Source: Candidatus Mailhella merdavium
GTDB lineage: Bacteria > Desulfobacterota > Desulfovibrionia > Desulfovibrionales > Desulfovibrionaceae
NCBI GenBank assembly: GCA_019119045.1
Contig: DWXS01000029.1
Location: 9,571 to 73,570, forward strand
Reading direction: 5' to 3'
Length of the DNA: 64,000 bases
Notes under the pieces: generated by a model
Database searches by the model: none
What the model saw: only the letters and a program-made list of their open reading frames with translations
What the model was told of the DNA's origin: nothing
In this document: one piece after another, positions 47,160 to 56,686 of the stretch
Layout: the number at the start of each line of letters is the position of its first letter
How positions within the stretch are numbered: the stretch's first letter is position 1
Position numbers and translations under genes: made by a program

Positions 47160-47570
47160 ATGGAAAAACGTCTTGTTGAAGTGGTTGCCGCTCTGATTTG
47201 GCGCGACGGAAGGTTCATGATCTGCCGCAGACCGGCACATAAGGCCTGTGGTCTGCTCTGGGAGTTCGTGGGCGGCAAGGTTGAGCCGGGGGAGAACAAT
47301 GCGGAAGCACTGATCCGGGAATGCCGCGAAGAGCTGGACATACTCGTGAGCGTAGGCGCGCCGTTCATGAGCGTGACGCACGAATACCCGGACTATACCG
47401 TTCACATGACCTTGTATGAAGCCTCCATTGCCGACGGCGAACCGCGGCTGCTGGAACACGCCGATATACGATGGATCACGCCGGAAGAGATTCCCCTGTA
47501 TGAATTCTGTCCGGCAGACAGGGATATTCTGTTAAAGATACGGCAAGATGCCGGAAGCAGGCAGAAGTAA
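47160..47570 (+). CDS. NUDIX hydrolase (MutT/NudG-like)
   Basis: VVAALI, WEFVGGKVEPGENNAEALIRECREELDI Nudix box, FCPAD. Confidence 0.92.
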   Translation: MEKRLVEVVAALIWRDGRFMICRRPAHKACGLLWEFVGGKVEPGENNAEALIRECREELDILVSVGAPFMSVTHEYPDYTVHMTLYEASIADGEPRLLEHADIRWITPEEIPLYEFCPADRDILLKIRQDAGSRQK

Positions 47571-48021
47571 TTTCTCCCTCCTTTTTGAAAATTGCGGCGG
47601 AAGCATCGCACCGGAACCGTATCCGACTCCGGCGGAAGGCACGGGGCGGAAAAGTCGGGGCAGAAGACACGGTTTCGGGGAATCTGCTCCGTTTGACAAA
47701 AGAATTCTTGTATGGAACCTATTCGGTATAACACGGATTGATCAAATCCGGTGACAGTCTGCGGAGGAATCCGCGTATCAATTCATATGGGGGAAGTCAT
47801 GTTGTTTCGTCTTCTTTGAACCGTCGCCGGGACGCAAGGTTTGCGTCCTTCATGTGTCGGGACGGACGAAACAGACATATATCCGTTTCCCTGCCCTGCT
47901 TCTCTTCCTTCCTGATACAGGCTGCGTATTCATTCCGGTTCCGTGGTAACGGCTTCCGGACATCCGAAGATCGGAACATCCCCCGTAGTGCGTGCCGGAG
48001 TGGCCGCACTGAGGAGGACGT

Positions 48022-50334
48022 ATGGAGAAGAGGATAAAAGAGGGGGGCATACCAAAAATGTCTCGCAGAGCCTTTTTAAAAGCTTCCGGCATGGCTGCGG
48101 CCGGAACGGCCTGTGCTGCGTTGACGCCGTTCGGGCCGTTTACGCTGGCAGAAGCCGAGGCCGTCGCGGCGCAGGCCGGGGAACGCGTTATTCCCACCTG
48201 GTGCGGTATGTGCGGGCCTATGGGAAACTGCGCCATATACGCCTTTGTCAAGGACGGCAGATTCACCCGTGTCGCGGGCATGAAGGAAGCTCCGCAGAAT
48301 AAAGGCGGTCTGTGCTGCAAGAGCCACGCCGCCCCGCAGTGGGTCTATTCCCCGGACAGGCTTACTACTCCCCTCCGGCGCACAGGCAAGCGCGGAGAAG
48401 GAAAATTTGAGCCTGTAAGCTGGGATGAGGCTCTGAAAACCATTGCGGATACCCTCCGGGAGCAGAAAGAAAAATTCGGGCCGGAGTCTCTGGCCATACT
48501 TTCTCCTGCAAGACGCGATTACAGCGAATATCTGTACCGTTTTCTCACGGCGCATGGCAGTCCCAACTATGCGCACAGCGGTATCTGCGCCATGCAGCTT
48601 TCCTTTGCGTTCTGCTATACTCTGGGAGCCCGTCCCGCTCCGGATTACAGGAATGCCGACGTTATTCTGATCTGGGGCAAGCAGCCGGTATATTCCGGCC
48701 CGCCGCTGGGGGCTTCCGCAGCTCTTGTTGACGCCTGGCATCGCAAGGCGCGGATCTACGCCATCAAGCCCTCTCTGGAGGCGGACGGCAGCTTTGCTAC
48801 GGACTGGATTCCCGTGCGTCCCGGTACGGACGCCGCCCTTGCTCTTGCCCTGCTGCATGTGGTGACGCGCGACGGACTTATCGACCGGAATTTTGTGGAA
48901 AACTGGTGCTACGGTTACGACAGACTTGCCGAACATGTGCGGCAGTACAGTCCGAGCTGGGCGGAGAAGATTTGCGGCGTACCTGCCGATCGCATTGAGG
49001 AGCTTGCCCGCACCTACGCGACCACGCCGAAGGCAACCATTGATTTCGGCAACGGTCTGGAACATGCTCCCTCAGCCGGCGACGCCATACGCGCCATTGC
49101 CATGCTCATGGCCATTACCGGACATCTTGACCGGCCGGGCTGCAATCTGTTCGGCGGGCCTGCCTCCACCATGCCCGCGCCGCGGGGTGTGCATCTGAAG
49201 GAACGCTATACGCCGGAATGGGTGGACAGGATTGTCGGGCCGGAATTTCCCCGGGCATTTCAGCCTTTTCTGGAAGGAACTTCCGCAGCCTATCCCCGTA
49301 TATTTGAAGACGTGCTGAAGGACAAACCCGTCATCCATACCATTATTGCCCCCGGAACTCAGCCCGTCGTCAGCACCCGGAATCCGCGCGGCGTGATCAG
49401 GGCCTTGGAGAAGGTGGATTTCTATGTGGTCATGGATACCCACCGCACGGCGGATATGGCCTGGGCGGACATTGTTCTGCCTGCGCTGACGCCCTATGAA
49501 ATCGATCACCCCTTTGAAGTGCGCGGCCCCTTCATCATGGCCCGCAATAAGGTGATAGAGCCGCAGGGGCAGGGGCGTTCCATGCAGCAGATCTTGCTGG
49601 ATCTCGGCGTAGCCATGGGCTATGGCGCGGACTTCTGGAACGGCGACATACGCGCCTGCATGGACTGGCAGCTTGAGCCTCTGGGCATGACGCTGGAGGA
49701 ACTGCGCTCCCATCGCACGGGTATTATCTATGAGCCTGCGGGCAAGCCTGCGTTTGAGAAATATGAAAAAGTGTTCGCCAACCGAAGCCCTCGCCTGAAC
49801 AAGGCTCCTTATCTGGCTCAGGGGAAGGTAGCTCTGTACAACACGCAGTTTGAGGAAGCCGGGCTGCCGCCCATGCCCCGCTGGACGGAACCCGCCGAGA
49901 GCGTGAGCGGTACGCCGGAACTTCTGAAAAAATACCCCTTCGTGCTGTCGGATTATCATACCTCCCGCAGCTTCTCCGCAGGCTGGCAGCGCAATGTGCC
50001 TTTCCTGCGGGAGGTGGAAAAGGAACCGACGCTGCATATCCATCCGGAGAGTGCAAAAAAACACGGCATAAAGGACGGAGATATGGTGACCGTCACTTCT
50101 CCGCACGGAAGCATCAGGGCCAGAGCGGAATATTATCCAGGTATCCGTGAGGATACGGTCATGCTGCTGCACGGCTGGTGGCAGGGTTGTTCCGAACTCG
50201 GTCTGCCGGACCTGCCGTTACTGGACGGAGGGGCGAATGTGAATCTTCTCTATTCCCCGGATCTGGACAGAATCAGTGATCCTCTGGTGACCGCCATGGG
50301 CAGTCAGACCCTCGTAAATGTGTCCGGCATATGA
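48022..50334 (+). CDS. Tat-exported molybdopterin oxidoreductase catalytic subunit (DMSO reductase superfamily)
   Basis: SRRAFLK Tat motif; CGMCGPMGNC...LCCKS FS0 cluster; YSPDRLTTPLRR.GKRGEGKF, VRPGTDAALAL, ADIVLPA, HT.RSFS. Confidence 0.93.
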   Translation: MEKRIKEGGIPKMSRRAFLKASGMAAAGTACAALTPFGPFTLAEAEAVAAQAGERVIPTWCGMCGPMGNCAIYAFVKDGRFTRVAGMKEAPQNKGGLCCKSHAAPQWVYSPDRLTTPLRRTGKRGEGKFEPVSWDEALKTIADTLREQKEKFGPESLAILSPARRDYSEYLYRFLTAHGSPNYAHSGICAMQLSFAFCYTLGARPAPDYRNADVILIWGKQPVYSGPPLGASAALVDAWHRKARIYAIKPSLEADGSFATDWIPVRPGTDAALALALLHVVTRDGLIDRNFVENWCYGYDRLAEHVRQYSPSWAEKICGVPADRIEELARTYATTPKATIDFGNGLEHAPSAGDAIRAIAMLMAITGHLDRPGCNLFGGPASTMPAPRGVHLKERYTPEWVDRIVGPEFPRAFQPFLEGTSAAYPRIFEDVLKDKPVIHTIIAPGTQPVVSTRNPRGVIRALEKVDFYVVMDTHRTADMAWADIVLPALTPYEIDHPFEVRGPFIMARNKVIEPQGQGRSMQQILLDLGVAMGYGADFWNGDIRACMDWQLEPLGMTLEELRSHRTGIIYEPAGKPAFEKYEKVFANRSPRLNKAPYLAQGKVALYNTQFEEAGLPPMPRWTEPAESVSGTPELLKKYPFVLSDYHTSRSFSAGWQRNVPFLREVEKEPTLHIHPESAKKHGIKDGDMVTVTSPHGSIRARAEYYPGIREDTVMLLHGWWQGCSELGLPDLPLLDGGANVNLLYSPDLDRISDPLVTAMGSQTLVNVSGI

Positions 50335-50362
50335 AATCCGGCTCCGTGACAAGGATGGATAT

Positions 50363-50872
50363 ATGAACGTCGAATATGGTATTGTCTTTGATCCGGAACG
50401 CTGCGTGGCCTGCCATGGCTGTGCCGTTGCCTGTAAGGTCTGGCGGGAACGTCCGCTGGGCGTTTTTTGCCGTCGCATTGAAAAAATCTGGCTGAAAGGG
50501 GAGCATATGCCCCGTCTGCGCCATGCTTCGGTCGCCTGCCAGCACTGTGCGGAGCCGGCCTGTATGGAAGTCTGTCCGGAAGGGGCCATCAGTAAAGGGA
50601 ATGACGGCATTGTGCGGGTCGACGGGGAAAAGTGCGTCGGCTGCCGGAGCTGTGGAGATGCCTGCCCCTATGCCGTGCCGCAGTTTCCCGACGACGGGGA
50701 AGGAAAGATGGTCAAATGCGATCTGTGCGTCGGCCGCTATGCTATGGAAAAGGAAGAGCCTCCCTGCGTTGCAACCTGTCCCACCCATGCGCTGAAGCTG
50801 GTCAAGATGAACCGGGAAGAAAAGAAAACGGCGGAAGCAATGATGCTGAATCTTTTGAACTCCTCTTCATAA
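50363..50872 (+). CDS. 4Fe-4S electron-transfer subunit (DmsB/PsrB-like)
   Basis: CVACHGCAVAC, CQHCAEPACMEVCP, CVGCRSCGDACPY, KCDLC, PPCVATCP. Confidence 0.93.
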   Translation: MNVEYGIVFDPERCVACHGCAVACKVWRERPLGVFCRRIEKIWLKGEHMPRLRHASVACQHCAEPACMEVCPEGAISKGNDGIVRVDGEKCVGCRSCGDACPYAVPQFPDDGEGKMVKCDLCVGRYAMEKEEPPCVATCPTHALKLVKMNREEKKTAEAMMLNLLNSSS

Positions 50873-50900
50873 GGTGCGCTTGAACGGGAAACGGAAGAAA

Positions 50901-50932
50901 AGGAGCCTGACGGCATATGCCGTCAGGCTCCT
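50901..50932. terminator. Perfect 32-bp palindrome, likely a bidirectional terminator
   Basis: AGGAGCCTGACGGCAT|ATGCCGTCAGGCTCCT between convergent genes. Confidence 0.7.
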
Positions 50933-51074
50933 CATTTGTGCAGGATGTTTCGGAAAGGGACAGAACTTTTCCCGAAGCAGTGTGTTCGCATGTCCGGTTT
51001 TTCCGCCGCTGCCGAAAGAATGGCGTCGGAAGACAAGATTCCGCGGGAACTCGGCGGAATCTCTTTCCTCCCGC

Positions 51075-51455
51075 TTACTTCACAATTTCCAGCACATCCA
51101 CGTCAATTTCACGATAGCCGTAGTGTTCAACATCTACTTCCCCGTGCAGACGGACGGTATTCTGCGGGGTCACAGTACGCCCGGCAAAGAGCTTGTCGTC
51201 GATGTCCACGGTGACATTGCCTGTGGCATCCTGGAATATGTAACGTTCGTGCTTGGGGCCGCGGGAAATAATGTTGCCTTCCAGAACGCAGTAGGCTTCG
51301 TCCGGGGCCTGCATAACCTGTGCTGCGGTGGAAATGACGGAGTTGGAAGAGGGACCGCTGAATCCTCCGACCTGGCCGGCGCCGGGGCCGTCGAAAGCGG
51401 CGAGAGCAGGGGTGCAGAGGGCCAGAGCCAGTACGGGAGCGAGCAGGTAACGCAT
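51075..51455 (-). CDS. YgiW/YdeI family periplasmic OB-fold (BOF) stress protein, copy 4
   Basis: Signal peptide, GGFSGP, VLEGNI, YIFQDATG.VTVDID, VTPQNTVRLHGEVD, IDVD. Confidence 0.9.
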   Translation of the reverse strand: MRYLLAPVLALALCTPALAAFDGPGAGQVGGFSGPSSNSVISTAAQVMQAPDEAYCVLEGNIISRGPKHERYIFQDATGNVTVDIDDKLFAGRTVTPQNTVRLHGEVDVEHYGYREIDVDVLEIVK

Positions 51456-51558
51456 GATGGAATCTCCTTATGGTTGCTGTTGGTCGATACGGTTGTATAT
51501 GTTGCGGCATCTGTCCGGAAAAGACATTGAGATACCGCGCTTCTCGATGGAAATGAGC

Positions 51559-51936
51559 TTATCTGGGCAATATTTCCAGCGTATGAACATCCACTTCGTT
51601 GCGTTTGATGAGATGGGCATCAACCTCTCCCGTCAGACGCAGTTCCATTTCGGGAGTAACGGTGCGGGTTCCAAAAATTTCACGGTCAATTTCTACGTTG
51701 AGTCTGCCGGAAGCGTCTTCAAATATATAGTTGTCTTTGCCCATGCGCTCTACAATATGTCCGCGCAGTACGACATAGGAGTCGTCGCGTGCCGTAAGCG
51801 CCTGGGCCGCGCTCTGAACCACGGAACCGGAGGGGCCGACGAATCCGCCGGGAATATTGCCGTTTCCTTCAAAGTACGCCATTGCGGGAGAAGCAAGGAT
51901 AAGCGCCATCAGGCCGGATAACAGAACAGTTTTCAT
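51559..51936 (-). CDS. YgiW/YdeI family BOF protein, copy 3
   Basis: Signal peptide, GGFVGP, DDSYVVLRGHI, YIFEDASG..VEID, VTP..LRLTGEVD. Confidence 0.9.
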   Translation of the reverse strand: MKTVLLSGLMALILASPAMAYFEGNGNIPGGFVGPSGSVVQSAAQALTARDDSYVVLRGHIVERMGKDNYIFEDASGRLNVEIDREIFGTRTVTPEMELRLTGEVDAHLIKRNEVDVHTLEILPR

Positions 51937-51982
51937 GATGCCTCCAGAATTATCTGTATATTTTGTCCTTTTTGTTGAAGAC

Positions 51983-52016
51983 AGTATGCGACAGTGAGTG
52001 TTAAGAAAGCGTTAAT
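51983..52016 (-). promoter_or_regulatory. QseB/PmrA-type box and -10 for BOF pair 3+4
   Basis: Minus strand ATTAAC-GCTTT-CTTAAC, 11 bp, CATACT; the 17-mer is identical at 53099-53115. Confidence 0.65.
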
Positions 52017-52096
52017 ATTTGAAAGAATATTAATATTTTTATATTGACGAATATAAATCACAATAATATTCATATTTATTAAATTAAAATAAAATA

Positions 52097-52135
52097 CCAT
52101 ATGTATATCACAAATATAATTGGATATACATATGG
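52097..52135 (-). terminator. Terminator after BOF pair 1+2
   Basis: CCATATGTATATC...GATATACATATGG inverted repeat followed on the minus strand by TATTTTATTTT. Confidence 0.6.
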
Positions 52136-52162
52136 CAGTATAAGTTATAAGATGTTTGATAA

Positions 52163-52567
52163 TTACTTGACTATTTCAAGTACGTCTACGTCAAGTTCTC
52201 TGTTTCCGTGACGCTTTACGTCAATTTCTCCATGAAGACGGACAGTGTTTTGCGGCGTAACCGTGCGTCCGGCAAAAAGCTTATCGTCAATTTCTACAAT
52301 TATTTGACCGGAGGCATCCTGGAAGATGTATTTTTCATGATCTCCCGGAGCGCGGGATACGATGTTTCCTTCAAGTACACAGTAGCTGTCGTCGAGGGCC
52401 TGAAGAGCCTGCGCGACGGTGGCGCTGCTGGAAAGAGCCGCGCCAGGCCCCTGAAAACCTCCGGCAGCAGGGCCTCCGGCGGCGGGGCCGGCTCCGGGAC
52501 CATTGAAAGCTGCAAGTGCGGGAGTGCAAAGGGTCAGTGCCAGTATGGGGGCGATAAGGTAACGCAT
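52163..52567 (-). CDS. YgiW/YdeI family BOF protein, copy 2
   Basis: MRYLIAPILAL..., closely similar to copy 4 (DDKLFAGRTVTPQNTVRLHGE..DVDVLEIVK). Confidence 0.9.
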   Translation of the reverse strand: MRYLIAPILALTLCTPALAAFNGPGAGPAAGGPAAGGFQGPGAALSSSATVAQALQALDDSYCVLEGNIVSRAPGDHEKYIFQDASGQIIVEIDDKLFAGRTVTPQNTVRLHGEIDVKRHGNRELDVDVLEIVK

Positions 52568-52654
52568 GAGGGAATCTCCTTGTATGTTGTTTGTTCAACG
52601 GCGGGACGATAAGGAAAAGCGTCCGTGCTGTCTGTTGGGGGATAGGGGTGGATC

Positions 52655-53038
52655 TTACTGGGCCGGTTGAGCGAGAATTTCCAGTACATCCACGTCGACT
52701 TTATTGCGTCGGAAAAATTCGGAATCCACTTCGCCGCTCAGGCGGACTTTTGTCTGCGGGGTGACGATGCGGGCTCCGAAGACTTCGTGATCTATTTCCA
52801 CGGTCATTTTACCGGTGGCATCCTGAAAAACATATTTGTCCTTGCCGACTCGTTCCACCACATGTCCTTCCAGAACTGCGGGGGTATCGTCGCGTGCGTC
52901 GAGGGCCTGTTCCACTGTTTGAGCTATTCCGCTGGAAGGGCCGACAAAACCGCCGGGGACGCCTCCTCCCGTGAAACCCGCCATGGCGGGCTGCGACAAC
53001 AGCAGGATTCCCAGACTGGTGAGCCAGATTGTTTTCAT
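52655..53038 (-). CDS. YgiW/YdeI family BOF protein, copy 1
   Basis: MKTIWL..PAMA..PGGFVGPS, similar to copy 3. Confidence 0.9.
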   Translation of the reverse strand: MKTIWLTSLGILLLSQPAMAGFTGGGVPGGFVGPSSGIAQTVEQALDARDDTPAVLEGHVVERVGKDKYVFQDATGKMTVEIDHEVFGARIVTPQTKVRLSGEVDSEFFRRNKVDVDVLEILAQPAQ

Positions 53039-53081
53039 AGAGTCTCCTGTTAGTCGATGTTATTCTCTCTTCGTTGGAGAC

Positions 53082-53115
53082 AATATGCAAAAGGGGTGGT
53101 TAAGAAAGCGTTAAT
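53082..53115 (-). promoter_or_regulatory. QseB/PmrA-type box and -10 for BOF pair 1+2
   Basis: Minus strand ATTAAC-GCTTT-CTTAAC, 11 bp, CATATT. Confidence 0.65.
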
Positions 53116-53567
53116 GTACTCGACATGATGCCGTTTTCTCTTTTTACTGTTTTTATATTTTATGATAATATATTGATATTATAGGAAGATTGCAATGTCT
53201 GAACTATGTGTGTTCGCTATAGGAAAAATCTTTGGTTCGGCTGTGGCCGTGAAAATCAAAGCTCCGATGAGGATTTTTTGACTGGAGCCTGCGGGGATGT
53301 TTCCCGAGAGTTACAAACGAGCCAGAGTGAAGTTTTCAGCGCACAGTATGGGAATACCCTTTCTCTCATTTCCGGACTTGTCGTAAGTGTCTGATACGGG
53401 TATGCACCCCTTTGGCGTGCTTTCATCATGATGATGTCGGAGCAGCCGGGCGGAAAGATTGAAGTTCCGGGGCGCAGGGGCTTGAAGAGCAGGCGCAATA
53501 TGTTAGGCAGACTTGGAACTTGCAGGGAAAATTTCCGAGTCATGGAAAGCGAGGAGGAGGCCGCAGC

Positions 53568-54155
53568 GTGGACGCGTACAGGGAAGCAGAAGCATTCAGA
53601 TTCAATCTTGCACAGCATGAGCGCGCGCATCGCTGGCTTCCCATGCTGCTGGATTGCTATGCTCTTGTCGATTACAGTGTGGACAGGGCCATTTCTCTTT
53701 CTGCCGAAGCAGTTTCCTGCCGTAAGGGATGTTCGTCATGCTGCGCCCACGTCATACCGCTTTCTACGTTGGAAGCCGTCGGAATCAGTTTTTATATCCG
53801 TGAGCTGTTGTCCCCGGATATTCGTGCCGGGCTTGTGCGCAGGCTTCGTACCGGTGTGGATACCTGTCTTTTCAATATTGACGACGTCTGTGTCATATAT
53901 CCCATGCGTCCGATAGCCTGTAGGCGATATCTGGTTACCTCGCGCTGTTGCGCTCCCGGAGAGAATGCTGCGCTCAGCAGACCGGAAGATATACTCGAGC
54001 CTTCAAGAGAATATCTGTATGCAGCAGTGGAAATGACGTTGCCCTTTTATCCCGACGGAAAACATCTTCCACCAGATGGAAAAAAGGCGTTCGAGTTCTA
54101 TAAAAAACAGAATGTTCTTTTGTCGTCCGTATATGCTACTATTCTCGGTCTGTAG
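53568..54155 (+). CDS. YkgJ family CxxCxxCC cysteine-cluster protein
   Basis: SCRKGCSSCC, CLF....CVIYPMRPIACRRY; GTG after GAGGAGG. Confidence 0.85.
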   Translation: MDAYREAEAFRFNLAQHERAHRWLPMLLDCYALVDYSVDRAISLSAEAVSCRKGCSSCCAHVIPLSTLEAVGISFYIRELLSPDIRAGLVRRLRTGVDTCLFNIDDVCVIYPMRPIACRRYLVTSRCCAPGENAALSRPEDILEPSREYLYAAVEMTLPFYPDGKHLPPDGKKAFEFYKKQNVLLSSVYATILGL

Positions 54156-54824
54156 GGACATGCAGAAAGCGATGGCGCATATGCCGTCAGCGAACAGTCA
54201 GGCTATTACAGGCCCTCGCACTGTTTTTTCTGTCGGAAAGCTGTGTTTTTCTCCGGCAGCGTCCCAAAATATGGACAGATTTTGAGTCAGGAGTTGCCGA
54301 TGACCATGGAAAAGCAGGAATGTCCGTGCCGGACTGGAATTGGGAACATCCCTGTCCTCCGCAGAGCCGTGATGTTGAGTGTCCGGCGGACGGTTAAAAC
54401 GCTGTTTCGGCAGGTCGTTTACCATCCGTCTGCCGCAGGATTACGGGCAGGCAGTTGATATCGCTGCGCTTGTCAGGAGCTTTATTTATCGACAGTCTGC
54501 GCAGGAAGGTCAGTTGACGGAATATAGAGGAGTTATGTAATTTTATATATTGAATCAGCATGATATCTTAGATAGTTCCCTTCTTAAGGGGGGATTGGAC
54601 GGAACCTGAAGTTCCTCCGCTTCAAATACGTATAGGCACATGCCAGCATTGAATTCGTCAACAGCAGAGAACAATAATATTTTAATGAGTAATAATTACA
54701 GATTGTTTCTTTTAAAGAAATAATGAATGGTAATTAAGGCGAATAATTTTTATAAAAATTTTTAGCAATTATTAAAATAATAATGCCATCTTTGAGTTTC
54801 ATGATGATATGAGAGGTCCGGACT

Positions 54825-55469
54825 ATGACAGAAAATAAGACGATTCCAGAACATCGGAGCAAGGGACGGCCCCGGGCCTTCGATCGCAACCGGGCCTTGC
54901 GCTGCGCGCTGGAAATATTTTGGCGTCATGGCTATACGCCCGCTTCCGTTTCGGAGCTGTGCAGAGTGATGGGGATCAAACCGCCCAGCCTGTATGCTAC
55001 CTTCGGCAACAAGGCTTCGCTGTTTCTCGAGGCAGTAAATTTTTATGAAAAAACCTACTGGGAGGCTCCTGCAAAACGTTTTGCATCGGATCCTGACATC
55101 TACAGCGCGGTAAAAAATTTTTTTAATGAATCCGCACAGATATTGCTTTCTCCTGAAACGCCCTGCGGCTGTATGGTTGTATTGGCCGCCATTAATATTT
55201 CAGAAGAGGAGAAGGAAATCATAGAGGCTGTCCGCAGTCTTCGGCTTGCAACAAAGCAGATGTTTGCCGACAGGCTCCGGCGGGCCATACAGGATGGTCA
55301 GATTCCGCCGGATACCGACGTTCCGGCGTTGTCCGGTGCGCTGAATACCATGCTTGAAGGCCTGTCCATACAGGCAAGGGATGGCCTGTTTCAGTCCGAA
55401 TTGAAGGCTATTGCGGGCCATGCTGTGCGCATGCTGCCCGATCCCCTGAAAAAGAGCCGGGAAGAATAG
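54825..55469 (+). CDS. TetR/AcrR family regulator (ComR/NemR-like)
   Basis: GRPRAFDR..AL..FWRHGY..SVSELCRVMGIKPPSLYATFGNKASLF, PCGCMVV. Confidence 0.95.
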   Translation: MTENKTIPEHRSKGRPRAFDRNRALRCALEIFWRHGYTPASVSELCRVMGIKPPSLYATFGNKASLFLEAVNFYEKTYWEAPAKRFASDPDIYSAVKNFFNESAQILLSPETPCGCMVVLAAINISEEEKEIIEAVRSLRLATKQMFADRLRRAIQDGQIPPDTDVPALSGALNTMLEGLSIQARDGLFQSELKAIAGHAVRMLPDPLKKSREE

Positions 55470-55502
55470 CTCTGTCCCTCGCATAGAGTTAAACGTGTAT
55501 GC

Positions 55503-55537
55503 TTGACAATTTTTTTAGTAATCACTAAATATTTGTC
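55503..55537 (+). promoter_or_regulatory. Promoter with palindromic operator (probable TetR site)
   Basis: TTGACA at 55503; TTTAGT-AATC-ACTAAA palindrome (55514-55529) nested in GACAA...TTGTC. Confidence 0.55.
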
Positions 55538-55572
55538 GAACGAAATATTGAACTTCTGTCAGGAGTTTGAAT

Positions 55573-56463
55573 ATGCCATTCACGGAACCGGCCTTGCGCC
55601 CTCCGCAGGAAGCCCATTCGCTTCTGCTGCGGGCGACTCAGGGATGCAGCTACAATGACTGTCATTTTTGTTATGTTTCCCGCGGGTATCCCTTCATGGC
55701 TGCAACAGGGGAGCAGATGGAGCGGGAACTTGAGTCGCTTATCCCTTTTTTCCCTTCCGACACGAGTATTTATCTGACGGGTTCCAATCCGTTTACTTTG
55801 TCGACGGAAAAACTGAAGGAGTATATTTCCGTACTGAGGAAGCATCTTCCGCATTTTTCGCAGTTGAGCATGCAGAGCAGAATCGACGATATTTCAAAGA
55901 AAAGCAGCAATGAATTGACGGAGCTGCGTAAACTTGGATTGAGTCATCTTTATATAGGTACGGAAAATGGAAATGACGACGTGCTGAAGCTCATGAATAA
56001 GGGGTATACTGCGTCGGAAGCGATAGAGCAGCTGGGCAGGCTGGATGCGGCCGGTATCACATATACAACGTTTTACATTATAGGCATGGGGGGGCGGGGC
56101 GCGGGAAAAGCAAGCGGCGAAGCTACGGCGCGGATGTTCAATCAGGTTCACCCCACGCGCATCACCACGACGGGCATGACCGTCTTTCCCAATACGCCGC
56201 TTGCGGATATGGCCGCCCGCGGGGAATTCGACGAGGCCTCGGAACGGGAAAAGATTGAGGAACTTCAGACGTTCCTGAAGGCTCTGAGCATAGATACCTT
56301 TTACGACGGTATCCATTATCTGAATCCTCTCAACTATCGCTTTTCAAATACGGACACAGAAGCAAAGCGTGCGGTTCTGGAAGATATGGAGGAGGTTCTG
56401 CGTTCCTGTTCAGATGAAGAACTGGAGTTGATGGTCAGCCGTCATTTCAAACAGTCCCTTTAA
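55573..56463 (+). CDS. Radical SAM protein
   Basis: RPPQEAHSLLLRATQGCSYNDCHFC (CxxxxCxFC), LYIGTENGND. Confidence 0.9.
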   Translation: MPFTEPALRPPQEAHSLLLRATQGCSYNDCHFCYVSRGYPFMAATGEQMERELESLIPFFPSDTSIYLTGSNPFTLSTEKLKEYISVLRKHLPHFSQLSMQSRIDDISKKSSNELTELRKLGLSHLYIGTENGNDDVLKLMNKGYTASEAIEQLGRLDAAGITYTTFYIIGMGGRGAGKASGEATARMFNQVHPTRITTTGMTVFPNTPLADMAARGEFDEASEREKIEELQTFLKALSIDTFYDGIHYLNPLNYRFSNTDTEAKRAVLEDMEEVLRSCSDEELELMVSRHFKQSL

Positions 56464-56686
56464 GGCGTGTCGTTCCTGAACATAGCTGCAAGTCACCAGG
56501 TTTCAACCAGCAGCAGCATTCACGCTTCCGCTGGAGTTTCTGTCCATGCCTGTATGTCGTAACAGGCACGGCCCTATGGGCTGTCCACCGGCGCCTACGC
56601 TGTAACTTCAGTGCGGATGCTCTGGCGTCGCGGTGCAGCCGCGCTTCGCTTGACTCCGGGATCATGTTCAACACGAACACGATCTC
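56460..56686 (-). repeat. Dispersed palindromic-ended repeat, copy C
   Basis: Reverse strand GATCGTGTTC-GTGTT-GAACATGATC hairpin, GCGAAGCGCGGCTGCACCGCGACGCC, AGGGCCGTGCCTG, GCGGAAGCGTGAATGCTGC; ends GCAGCTATGTTCA...TTAA. Confidence 0.72.

Noticed and set aside
37905-47570. Prophage, ICE or integron origin of the defence cluster
   Set aside because: No integrase, transposase, tRNA, att-like direct repeats or attC sites were identified at its borders
47829-47850. GGGACGCAAGG resembling the c-di-GMP-I riboswitch core
   Set aside because: No upstream GGCAAA or GNRA-capped stem; the motif simply pairs with the adjacent TTGCGTCC
53116-53567. Short ORFs upstream of the YkgJ gene, and similar ones at 54156-54824 and 56700-57145
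   Set aside because: No RBS, motifs or coding-like composition; treated as intergenic
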